DNA of 64,000 nucleotides from Phaeosaccion multiseriatum (taxonomy: Eukaryota; Protista; Ochrophyta, other classes). Location: the NCBI GenBank assembly GCA_965112735.1, contig OZ218952.1, forward strand, positions 4,588,001-4,652,000. The letters are read 5' to 3'. A program made the translations under genes and the position numbers. Every line of letters begins with the position of its first letter. Within the stretch, counting starts at the first letter, position 1. The notes below the pieces were generated by a model that was not told the origin of the DNA, searched no databases, and saw nothing but the letters and a program-made list of their open reading frames with translations. Shown piece after piece: positions 24,718 through 35,827 of the stretch.

Positions 24718-27700
24718 AAAAGGAAAGAAAAAAAGTCTTTCACTTCTAGAAAGTGAAGGAGACAGTGAAGGGCAAAACCACTCCTCACGCACCTTGTCGC
24801 CTCCGAACTGCGTGGAGATGGTATTGTCGATGAAATCGATTCTGCGAATCGCTCCCGACTCGGAGTCCGCCACGAACACCTTACCCTGACAGTCAGAAGC
24901 CGCACCACAGGGGCAGAGCAGAGCAGAGGAGGGGGAGATGGGATGAGAAGCAGCACAGTGACAGAGCAAGAGGGGGAGGACAAGCGTGATGTGAGACAAG
25001 AGAGGGAAAGGGACAGGGAGAGGGAGACAGAGAGGAGAGAGAGACCATGCCTCGCTCTCGTCTGGTCCAGGCTGGTCCAGAAACGAAGTAGCTCCTTATC
25101 ACTCTGTCTCTCTCTGTCTCTGTCCCTGTCTCTTTTCCTCTCTCCCTCCCTCTTTCTCCCGATCCCTCTCCATCCTCTCTCTCTCCCTCTCTCTCTAAAC
25201 CCGCCACCCCCCTCCCTCCCTCCCTCTCTCCTCACCGAAGTGGCGGCCAGGCCCATGGGCTGAGCGAATCTGGAGGTCTGATCGCTGAGCTTGAAGTCCG
25301 TGGCTTTGCTGTCCCGCCGCCCCAACCGACCTGATCCTGCTATGGGCGTCATATCACTCCCTGATGTGGGAGGGGAGGGAGGGAGGGAGAGAGGGAGGGA
25401 GAGAGGGAGTAGAGGTAGGAGCTGAGTTATTGGGATAGCTTGGGTGAGGCGACGTGTGCTGTTGTGCGTACTCGGGCCGCCATGACCGCGTTGGCGATCG
25501 ATCGGTGGCACTTACTATTACTTCAAGTGTGCTTAGTCTTCCTGAAGTGCATCTACTCTTACATAAGAATACTTACCAGTGGAGTCGAGCTGCCAGACCT
25601 GATTGGTGCCTGCTGCCGTTACATAGACAAAGCTGTCCTGCAGGGCAATGGCCCAGGGTTCCCTCAGGCCTCTGCTGTATCCCAGCGTGTTGCCTCCTTC
25701 CAGGGCCCGGCCCTTGCTCCGCAAGCTGCGCTCCAGGTCCTCCATAATCTGGTTGGAGTCCACTGGATGCAGGGAGGGAGGGAGGAGGGGAGGGAGAGTC
25801 ACGACGAGCCTTAATAGCGTTGTGGCAAAAAGAGAAAGGGCCCCACACCGACGGACTGACAGTCCACACACACACACAACACACTCACATATGTCCTTAT
25901 CCTCCTCGCTCCTGCTCAGGTTCAGCCCTCCCGGCCGAATGGTCTTGACGAGGGCTCCTTCCGCGCTGGGCCCCGCGCCCTCCCCCTTCGCACCGAGCAC
26001 CACTCTCCTCACGGCAGCGTTTCCGCTGTCCACCACCCAAAGAACCTGCGCACAGGGCAGACGAGGAGCAGAGAGACGGAGTGGGCGAGTGATGAGGAAG
26101 AGCAGAGGGGACCAGAGCAGACCAGGGCAGAGCAGAGGGGACCAGAGCAGACCAGGGCAGACCAGGGCAGAGCAGACACCTCCATCATCCTACCATACAC
26201 TGCCAGTATACTGCCATCCCTACCCACCCACCCAGCTAGCCGATCCCTTTCCCCCTTCCTCACCGCACCTGATTGGATTTGTCGATGGCCACTCCCCTCG
26301 GGCGATCAAAGCGAGAAGCCGCAGCGTTGCCGTCCGCGAGGCCCGCCACGCCCTTCTCGTCCCCTACACAGCCGAGGTAGCGCCCTTCGAGGGTGCATAC
26401 GAGTACTCGGTTGTTAAAGGTGTCCGCTACGTAGAGTCTGTCTCTCTTCACATCGACCGCCACGCCTGCGGGAGGGAGGGGAGGGGAGAGGGAGGAGGGG
26501 GCAAGAGAGGGGAAGCGCTCAGTCACTCAGTCACTCCCTTCATTCACTCACTTCATTCACTCACTTCATGCACTCCCTCTCCCTCCCTCCCACCCGCCCT
26601 TCCTCCCTCCCTCTCCCTCCCTCCCTCTCCCTCCCTCCCTCCCCCCCTCCCTCCCCCCCTCCCTCCCTCCCTCCGTCCCTCACTCGCTCCCTTCCTCACC
26701 CGATGCGAAGTTGAGTGGGCCGGAGGGTGAGCCCTCTGACCCCTCTATTCTCCTCTGCGCCTTGATCAGAGAGGCGCTCGGCTCGGCAACTGCGACAAAA
26801 GGGGCAAGAGTCAGGAGAGAGAGGGGTAGGAGAGAGGAAGAGAGCGAGAGGGAGAGAGTGAGAGACAGAGGGAGGGACAGAGGGGAGAAGGGAGAGAAAG
26901 AAGGAAAGGGGCAGGAGAGATAGAGCGGGAGACAGACACACAGAGAGACCGACACAGACACACATAGAGACACACACGCACACACACAAAAACACACATA
27001 CACACACAGACACGCACGCACACACACACACACACAGAGACAGAGAGACAACAACAAACCGAGTCGAGCCATCCACTCAGCCTACCCCCCCCCTACTGCC
27101 TACGCTTACCTTCTGTAACCGTCGCAACGGCTGTCGGGGCGAGGAAGGGCTTAGTAGGAACCGCCTTGCGCCCCACCCCCCCAACACCGCTGTAATACCT
27201 CACTGCCACACCAACAGCGTCTTTGGCGAAGGGCCCTGCTGCTGGCCGCTCACCGAGGGCCGCGAACAGGGCTGCTTGACTCCTCTGGCCTTGACCTTCC
27301 TGGGGTACCGTCACTACGACCGCCGGCCAGTCGTCCACTCCCTGCTCCTTCCACAGAGCTCGATCCGCGTCGTGTACCACGTAATGCGAAGAGGGAAACG
27401 CAGTCAACCCCTCCTGCAAGAGAGCAAGGGCGGCACTCTCTTCGCGAGCATCGTCGTCAAACTTGGGGGAGTGGACGGACACCACAACCACCTGACCCGC
27501 GTAACGGGTGGCAAGCTCGTTCACCACACGGAGGGCGGCCATGGAGTCGCGATTGCTCGCTCGCCAAAAGTGGTACACAGCGATGCGACCCTCCTCCAGC
27601 TCGGCAGTGAGCTTGTCGGCGCTCCCTAGCAAGAAGCTCGTCTTGCCGGGCAGCGCCCAGGGCACCTGAGGAAGCTTGGACACGCCCTCGGCCTCGGCCT

Positions 27701-28534
27701 TTTCAATCACACGCACGTACTCCTTCCTCGTCAAGGGTTTCCGGACGGTTCGGGAGTCGAGGGGGTGTCCAAGCTCCTGGATGCTAAAGTAGCCCTTCAA
27801 CGCCCCCACGCGTTGACTGAAGGCATAGAACCCTAACCCCGCCAGCGTGATGAGGGGCAACACTATAAACTGCCTCCTGTCGATAGTGAAGTCGTCTCTC
27901 ATGGCGGCAGGAGTGATCCCCTGCCCCATGTCCTTCATGACCTGCTGTGCCCTCGGATTGTAGTACTCCTGATAGGCCCGCACTGCCTCTGGCCCTTCGG
28001 CCTTCGCCGCCTCCGCCCGCGCCTTGAAGAGTTTAGTCATCATATCCTCTTCCTCGCCCTGGCCCTCCTCGCCCTTGCCCTTGCCCTTGCCCTTGGGCTC
28101 CTCTCCGTCTTCCAGGTCGTCGTCCGTATCTCCCTCCCTTGCGAGGAGTTTGCTGCTGCAGATAGAGCCACCGTATCCTCTGCCACGTCTCTGTGTCAGG
28201 CAAGTGAAGAGGGTGCGGCGCAGTGATGAATTGCCTGCACAGGGCGAGATGAATGGGACACCACACGGCGCAAACTGGACAAGTTCGCTCTTTTACTTAC
28301 CCGCGAGCTTTGCGGCCATGCCGGTGGACTCGTTCTCCACGAGGAAGCCTGCCCGCCCCTGCTCCTGCTGCCACTGCTGCTGCAACTGGTCCTGCCACTA
28401 ATGCTACTTCCACTGCAGCTTCCATGTCTCTGCGTGCGAGAAGATAGAGGTGCTTTGAGTCCGAATGCGCGCGTCTGCTGCTGCTCTGGGGCCAAGAAGA
28501 GGCCCACAGCCCCGATGAGGAGCACACGCTTCAT
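23851..28534 (-). CDS. Plastid-targeted SOQ1/NHLRC2-like protein: transit peptide, RR plus TM helix, thioredoxin-like domain lacking Cys, NHL beta-propeller; about 11 exons
   Basis: Signal 'MKRVLLIGAVGLFLA...TRA-FG' followed by a Ser/Arg/Gly transit region. TM 'IDRRQFIVLPLITLAGLGFYAF'. Trx-like 'IAVYHFWRASNRDS...VVVVSVHSPKFDD...WPAVVV'. NHL repeats 'RLYVADTFNNRV', 'FDRPRGVAID', 'FAQPMGLA', 'VFVADSESGAIRRI', 'FGDKDG..VRLQGPQGLA', 'LLADTLNHKLK', 'WVCDIGNNALRAVDL'. Confidence 0.85.
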
Positions 28535-28903
28535 GATTCCCGCCAGCTCAGCACTGTGAATCAGTCGCGTCTATTCTATTTTTGTTGTCGCTCTTCCGCT
28601 TCCGGAGAAGAGGGGCAGCAAGAGTCGCTGCAAGAGGAAGGCTCCCAGAGGTCACGGTGGACCGCTTCCTCCTTTGCTTTAATTTTTTCTATTTCACGCT
28701 CATCCCTTTGCCCGCAGACGGGACGGCGTGGATTGCCATCCTTTTTGTTGCTGTCTCCCGAGTCCATTCGTCCACGTCTATTGGAATTTTGGCTCTTCCA
28801 CACTCCCATCTCTTCCTCTCTGGAGGAGGAGCACCACCAGTGGTAACAGCAGGCCCAATCGGAAGGAAGGCACAGAGGTGTGGGGCAAGAAGAAGAAGGA
28901 ATT

Positions 28904-30449
28904 ATGAAGGAGAGGCGGAAAAAACTTTCGCTTTTCGGTTTGCTGCTCAGCGCGCTCGGCTTTCATGTAAGCTCGGGCTTCACCTTGATGACGCTGAAGC
29001 CGCCAGCGAACCGGCGAGGGGGGAAGCTTAGTGGGGGGAGCTGCAGCGGTGGCGGCAAGAATCCGTGGAAGGCGGCCCAGGGGTCCTCAGCGCCCCCCCT
29101 TTCACGGCTCTCAGTCCTGCAGTTTCGCATGCGCCGGGCCAAGCTAGTGAGGGACGAAGGGCTTTCCGTGTACGCCAAGGGAAAGGGTCGGAAGCTTCAC
29201 TACAGTAGTGGCGGAACTGAGGTAAAAGGAGAGGGGGTGGTTCCTTTGTCCCCAGCTCTCCCCCTCTCGCTCATGCCAACCCTTTTCTTGTCTTTGCTGT
29301 GTTCCCCTGTGGCGCCCTCCCGTGGTGTTATGTAGGTTTTGAAAAGGCCGTCCGAGACGGACGTGAAAATGAAAGGAGCAAAGAAGAAGAAGAAGAAGAA
29401 GGAGAGTGGCAGAACCAAAGGAGTGGATCTCCTTACTCTGGACACGTACGCCCGCGTGAAGAAGCAGCATTTGCTCATGGAGAAGTCGCCCATGATGACG
29501 CTGCTGCGAGAAATAGGCATGAGAGGAGGCTTGTCGGAACAGCAGCAGCAGCATCAGCAGGCGCCGCTCCAGGGAGGCAGCAGTGCCGGAGCGGATCTCG
29601 AGGACCGGCTACGAGCCATCAGTGAGCAGATTCAGCTCCTGAGAGCGCACGTGCAGGTAAAGAAAGGGCCTCTCACCTCACCTCACCCCACCGGGCCCGT
29701 GTCTTCCCTACCTCTCTATGTCTGTAGTGCATGCATGCACCGAAGTGTTTCACATTGGAGTGGTGTTGGACCGCCACACCGACCGGGGAGGAGAGGGCAC
29801 ATTCGTGAGCTGTACTTGTCGTCCGCTTCTCCGGAGATTGACCCCACTCGAGGAATGACATGCGCTAAACCGCCTACACCACTTTCCCTTTTGCCTCCCC
29901 CTGTCCCTACGTCCTTCCCTCCCTCCCTCCCTCCCTCCCTCCCTCCCTTAGACACCGTTGTCGCCTCAGCACTTAAACCTGCGTGCGCGGCGAGAGCTGG
30001 TGCGTTTGGTCAAGGAGCGGCGTAAGATGCTTCATCAGCTCCACACTCGGGATCCAGAGCGGTGCATGCTCCTGGTGGCGGAGCTGAAACTCCACTACCA
30101 TCCGCCCAAGAGCAGTAGCAGCAGCAGCAGCAGTAGTAGTAGTAGCAGCAGCAGCAGTGGCGGGGGCGTGCCCACTTTGGTTCAGAAACCGCTTGTGAAG
30201 AGGGCCGGTGGTGTGCGAAAGATCAAGCAGAAGCACAAGCTGCTGCAGGAGGAGGAGAAGGAGAAGGATAGAGAAGACGACCGAGAGATGGGGGGTAGCA
30301 GCAGTGGCAGCAGCGGAAACACCAGCGGCAGGAGGGGAAAGCGAGGCGTCCGGTTACGGAAGGACGTCGGAGGCTCATCCCGCTCCCGCAGCCTCCGCAC
30401 CAAGCTCAACAATCATACGCAGCACCTCTCTCCGCGAAAGACTCCGTAG
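28904..30449 (+). CDS. rps15: Nucleus-encoded, probably plastid-targeted, bacterial-type ribosomal protein uS15-like; 3 exons (28904-29222, 29336-29656, 29952-30449)
   Basis: 'RLRAISEQIQLLRAHVQ...LRARRELVRLVKERRKMLHQLHTRDPERCMLLVAELKL' matches the bacterial S15 three-helix pattern. The N-terminal signal 'LSLFGLLLSALGFHVSSG-FT' is ASAF-like. There are long basic/low-complexity extensions. Confidence 0.6.
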
Positions 30450-30926
30450 AGCAGGGCCTGGGATGCGGTACGAATGGACAGAGAGAGAGGGAGAGAGGGA
30501 GAGAGAGAGAGCTTGGGCGGACGGAGTACACTCACACTCACACTTGCAAAACCGCATCCCTCCCTCGCGCTGCGGTGCGTGAATGGGAGGGCGTCTCAGA
30601 CCTCTCTCTCTCTCGCGCGCGCTCCTTTTGCTTTCTCCACATGTATAAAGAGGTTACATTTTCAATTAGTTTGTAATATATGTATCAGTGAGTGAATTGT
30701 GCATATACAGCATTTTCACTCTTGACCTGCAAAGGATCCGAAGCACTAAGCTGGTCCCTTAATAATTCAAATGAATCAAAACGATCAGCTCTTCCTTCCA
30801 TACTCTTCCCTCCAAGGTGAGAAAGAACGAAAGGAACGTCCCTCGCTGTGCTTTCTGTGATGTCCTCCGGTCCCCGTGCCCCCGCCCCTTGTGATTGTAG
30901 TCACAGCCCTTGTGATTCTGGTGACA

Positions 30927-31322
30927 TCACAAAGGCGCCCAGCTACGTCCTCCCCCCGCTCCTGCTCCTCCTCCTCCTCCTCCTCCTCCCCCTCCCCCTG
31001 CTGCTGCCTCAAAGGAGCCTTCTTCCCCGGCAGCGCCGCTCCCACCACCGCCGCCGGCACCACTACTTCCAACACTACTTCCAGTACTACTTCCAGCACT
31101 ACCACTGCGGCTGCGGCTGCTCATGGTGCTCATGCTGTTACTCACCCTCATAGCACCACCTCCTGCCCTCATCTGTGCGGCGAGAAGCAGCGAGTCCGCG
31201 TCTAAGCCAAAGCCAACGCTCCCTCGGCCTGCTTGTCTCTCTCTCTCTTCTGTTTGATCGCGCTCGAGCTCCGCCAACGTGAGGAAGCGTCCGCTGGGTG
31301 AGCGCCTTCTCCGCTTCAGGTA

Positions 31323-31381
<59 letters not shown>

Positions 31382-32935
31382 TAATCATCGATGTGTCTGT
31401 TGCCTCTCTCCACCCACCATCCACTACCACCCGAAGGCCTGCCCCGGCCTCCTCTCCCCTCCTGAACAACCTCTGCCCCCCCGTCCACCATCCACTGCCA
31501 TCCCCCCCGCCCTCATCTCCTCCCACCCTCCGGAGAGAAGGCGGCTGCTGCTGCCTCATCATCGATTCGTCTGTGCCCCCCTCTCCCCCTCTATGTAGTA
31601 CCATCCCCCCGGTCCTCCTCCCCACCCTCCTCCGGGCCTCGTGCAGCACCCTCGCCTGCCTGCGCAGTAAGATCCTTTCGTACTGCTTGGCGTTCACGAG
31701 GACGGGTTGCTCAAAGCCCGACCCCTGTGGCCCCTGCGGCCCCTGTTGCTGTATGTGGGCCTGTTGTTGCACATCGAGTGTGTTCAGGTGCTCATACAGC
31801 AGCCTGCTTGTGCTGTGCTGCCGCGTCTGTTGCTGTTGCTGTTCTTGTTGCGGTTGTGGCTGCTGCGGTTGCTCTAGCCCTTGTAGTTGGCGCTGCTGCG
31901 CTTGCTGATAACGCTGCAGCGGTGGCTGCTGCAGCAGCTGCTGCGAGTGGTGGTGCCCTGGTGGTGGTGGCACAAAGGTTGGCATTGCTGCCGAGAAAAG
32001 GAAAGGCCGCGGTGGCGGTGGCGGAAGCTCATCATGGAGGTGTCGCTGCTGCCGCTGGGGGGCGCCTACAGGAGGTCGCGGGACACCGGGGGGTGGGTGG
32101 TGCTGCGACTGCAGGGCCTGCTCCTCCTCCTCCTCCTGCTGCTCCTCCTCCTCCTGCTGCTGATGATGATACCGCTGAAGGGGGGGCTGTGCTGCAGGAC
32201 GCGTCCCATACCTCCCCGTAACACCGCTATCGCTCCTCCTCGGAGTGCCTGTCACCCCCCTCACCCACCTCCTCGCGGGCAAGCCGTCCGGGTGAGGACC
32301 AGGAGCAGGTGGGTATGCCTTGCGACGAACGGGAGACACCTCTACTTGAGTTATCGGAGGAGCCGGAAAGGCCGTCTGTTGTGAGACCAAGGAAGAACGG
32401 GGACGGGCGTTAGGTCAGTACTCTGATCGTATCTACACAAGGAGGATAACAGCGCATATAGACCAATTTAACCACCACCCACCCACACATTCTAATCTAG
32501 TAATACAAGAAGAAAAAGAAAAGGAGACCAAGGAATCACCACCCTTTGTACTCTGACACCACCACATCATCAGAGGAGAAGGAAGGAAAGCCCCAACACC
32601 CCTCATCCTTTGCGTAGCAATTTGACACACACAAACTAACGCACATGGAGGAGTTGAGACCGCTCCACGTGGGGCTGGCCGTAGTGGTAGATGAGGCGCG
32701 GCACCCCTGGGACGGGTGTTCTCTGCCGATGCTCGGAGCGACCCCTCGGCTCCTCCACCTCCTGACGCTGCCGCCCGTCGGACCTGTCGGGCCGATGGGT
32801 GGCGTGTGGCCAGGAAGAAGCCGGGGCGGAAGGGCCACGCAGGCGGTTTCGTCCTCCTCCTCCTGTCGCCCTTGCCCCTGTCCACGGCCCTTGGGCTGCT
32901 GCTGCTGCTGCTGTTGTCGTTGCTGTATCACTAAC

Positions 32936-33001
<66 letters not shown>

Positions 33002-33127
33002 GTCTGCTGCGTCATCTGCATGCCATGGCAGTCGTGCGGTCGCGCTGTGGCCAAACTCCTCTCTGTGGCGGTCTTGATGACGAGGTGGGACTGGGGGTGG
33101 GGCTCGGAAGGAGTCTGCCCCGTTGGC

Positions 33128-33166
<39 letters not shown>

Positions 33167-33282
33167 GATTCCTCCTCGGCGAAAGGCAGTGCCTTCACCT
33201 GGGGCTGGCCGCACTCGCTGCCTCCTCTCCTCAATCCCCTTCTCTTCTTCCCGCCTCTGCTCCATTCTTCTCGCTTCTGCAT
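30927..33282 (-). CDS. NFYA: NF-YA/HAP2-like CCAAT-binding subunit, poly-Gln rich, with a degenerate DNA-binding subdomain; probably 2 exons (33282-~32641, 32375-30927)
   Basis: 'EQPVLVNAKQYERILLRRQAR' is the NF-YB/YC interaction helix A1 and 'RRRRSPSGRFLT' is the GxGGRF loop remnant. The upstream exon assignment is tentative. Confidence 0.7.
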
Positions 33283-33838
33283 CAGTCCCGGGCAGCCACC
33301 CTCCTCACGCGTCCATGTCGTCGGTATCGCGTTCTGCGGACATTTGCGTCTGTGCTCTGACCTGGGAAGCCTTTGTGGGATCTGCAGCGGCGGCCGCTGG
33401 CTTGGCCCACCACTGCCCTCCGCAGGGGAGTCTCGCCAACAATTTTTCCTGCAGAAGATGCGGCCAGCAGTGGGATGTGTCTAGGCTGCCGCGCAATGGA
33501 GGGTGTGCGGTTTGATTCCTTTCCAAAAGGATCTTTGGCCCCCGTGCTCAAGCGCAGAAGATAGAATGTGATGGATGGGGAGGGGAGAGGGGAGAGGAGG
33601 TGAGCAGGCCTCTGACATGGCCATCTGCCATGCGTAACGGCCGTGGAAGAGCAATTCGAACGCCGTCGGAATCGTTCTATCCAAAATCTGCAAAATCTCG
33701 GAAACGGGAGATCAACGGGAACTGAAACTAAATTCGATGTCCTCGACTTTGGCTGCTCCGCCTCTTGTTCAGCCTCTCGCCCCTCAAAAACGAGTCCTCT
33801 CCTCTTCTCTCTCCCCTCACTACACAAACAGCAACAGT

Positions 33839-35100
33839 ATGAAGCTCACTTGCGCTGCTATGGTCACACTGGTGGGCTCGGCTTCTGGCTTTGCCTTCCT
33901 CCCCACGCCGAGCACAGTCCTGCGGCCGGCAGCGGGGCCACACACAAGACCAACGACGGCAGGAGCCAGCCGCGTGCAGGTAGGCCTCTAGGGTGCCTTG
34001 TGCTCGTTTTTGTGCTGCTGTAGAAGTGGGAGAGGCAGGAGCAGGAGCGGGGGGGTCTGTTTGGATCTGCGCGTCTCGTGGCTAAAGGAGGAAGGGCCCT
34101 CGCACACATTTGGCATTGCATGAGTCACCCCCCTTGTCAGCCAGCAGCCCTTTCCAAGCAAGCAAAACCCTCCTGGGGCTTTTCGCTGCTCGCTAACTAT
34201 GCTGCAATCTGTGCACCGCGCTTGCAGACGCTCGATTGACGACAGGGCAGTGAAAAGGGGGCCTGGGCCGCGGGTGAAGAGAGACGTTGACAAGTGTTGT
34301 TGTGCAGTCAGTCGGTCGTCTCCTTTTTTTCTACCAAATTCACCCCTTATCTTTTGCACCAATTTCCCTCGTGCCCCGCCTTTGTTGTCGGTCCGGCATC
34401 GGCAGCCATGCATGCTCTTCGGTGGAGGAGGCAAGGGCGATGACAAGGCCGGGGGAGGAGGCATGAACATGGGCAACATGATGGACAGCCTCAAGAAGGC
34501 CAATGAGATTGGCGCCAAGACTAAGGCCCTGCAGGGCGAGCTCGAGGTCATGACCATCGATGCGTCTAGTGCGGTGAGTGGGTGGTGCGTAGGGAAGCCT
34601 GCACCGCACCTGCAGTCTGGTCTGCAAAAGTAGTTGGGAATCGCTACCCCAAGCCGAGAAGGAAGGGGTTTCGATTATCCACTGCCCTCAATTTTTCTTT
34701 CGGGCAGCACAAGTTCGAACAAGCACACAGAGTGCGTGCCAAGCAGTAGAAAGTTCCCCCCCACGGTGTCGTGTGGGCCAGGCCACTTCACTTACCCCTT
34801 CCCTCCCTCCCTCCCTCCCTCCCTCCCTCCCTCCCTCCCTCTCTCCCCAACCCATCCCCTGTCTTCCTCTCTCTGCAGGACGGCCGGGTGAAGGCCACCG
34901 TGACGGGGCAGCAGATGCCCTGCGGGTGCGTGATCGATCCATCCCTCATGGAGGAGGGGCCCGAGGCGGTGCAGGCGGCGGTTGTCGAGGCCATGGCCAA
35001 CGCACACAAGGAGAGTCTGGTGCAAATGAGCAAGAAGCTGTCGGAGCTGTATCAGGACATGGGATTGCCTATGGGAGCCATGGGTGGCATGGGCAAGTAA
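33839..35100 (+). CDS. ybaB: YbaB/EbfC family protein, plastid-targeted (STIC2-like); 3 exons (33839-33979, 34406-34573, 34879-35100)
   Basis: Signal 'MKLTCAAMVTLVGSASG-FAF', then 'MNMGNMMDSLKKANEI...LQGELE...SADGRVKATVTGQQMP...IDPSLMEEGPEAVQAAVVEAMANAH...MSKKLSELYQDMGLP', the YbaB/EbfC pattern. Confidence 0.85.
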
Positions 35101-35827
35101 AGTGGTCGAGAGGAGATGAGCACGAGGAGTAGAGGAGGAGGAGGACGAGGAGGAGGAGGAGGAGGAGGAGGACGAGGAGGAGGAGGAGGAGGAGGAGTCT
35201 TTGGCTTGAGGAGCGATGCATGGAGTGGAGTATTTCCCCCTCCGACTGTAGAGCTTTTGAAGAGCAGATCATAATAGAGCTTTGTAGAGCATATCAGATG
35301 GAAGGAAGGAGAGGGGCGCGCCCAGTCAAGCGGCGAGAACGAGAGCGAGAGGGAGGTGAAAGAGCTCTCTCAGTTCCCTCCCCTGTTTACCCCGTGGGGT
35401 GAGGAGGGGAGGAGAGAGAGAGGCGGGGCTTCAGATGTTCACTGCGCGGAGAGAGACGCAGGAACGACAAGCGACAAAGTGCTTTGGGGAAGACTGCAAT
35501 GGTAATAACATAAAAAAACCTGTAATATTTACACCCTCTTTTTTTTCTTCCTCCTCCTACCACTGTGAACCAACTGCTGCTGTTGCGCGGCTGCTCCTGT
35601 TGCTGCTGCGGTTCAGCAGTACAACACGACGCAGTTCCTCTCCCTCCCTCTCCTCCCTGTCCTCCTTATGTCCTCATCCCGCTGTGGTGCACCCTCTCTC
35701 CTCCTCCTCCTCCTCCTCCTCCGCCTCCTCCCCTCCCTCCCCCCCCCACCCCCCCTCCTCATCTCCTCATCCCTCACCCCCACTGCGGTGGATACGCGGT
35801 GGTACTGCTTCAGTACTTGGTGTCAGC

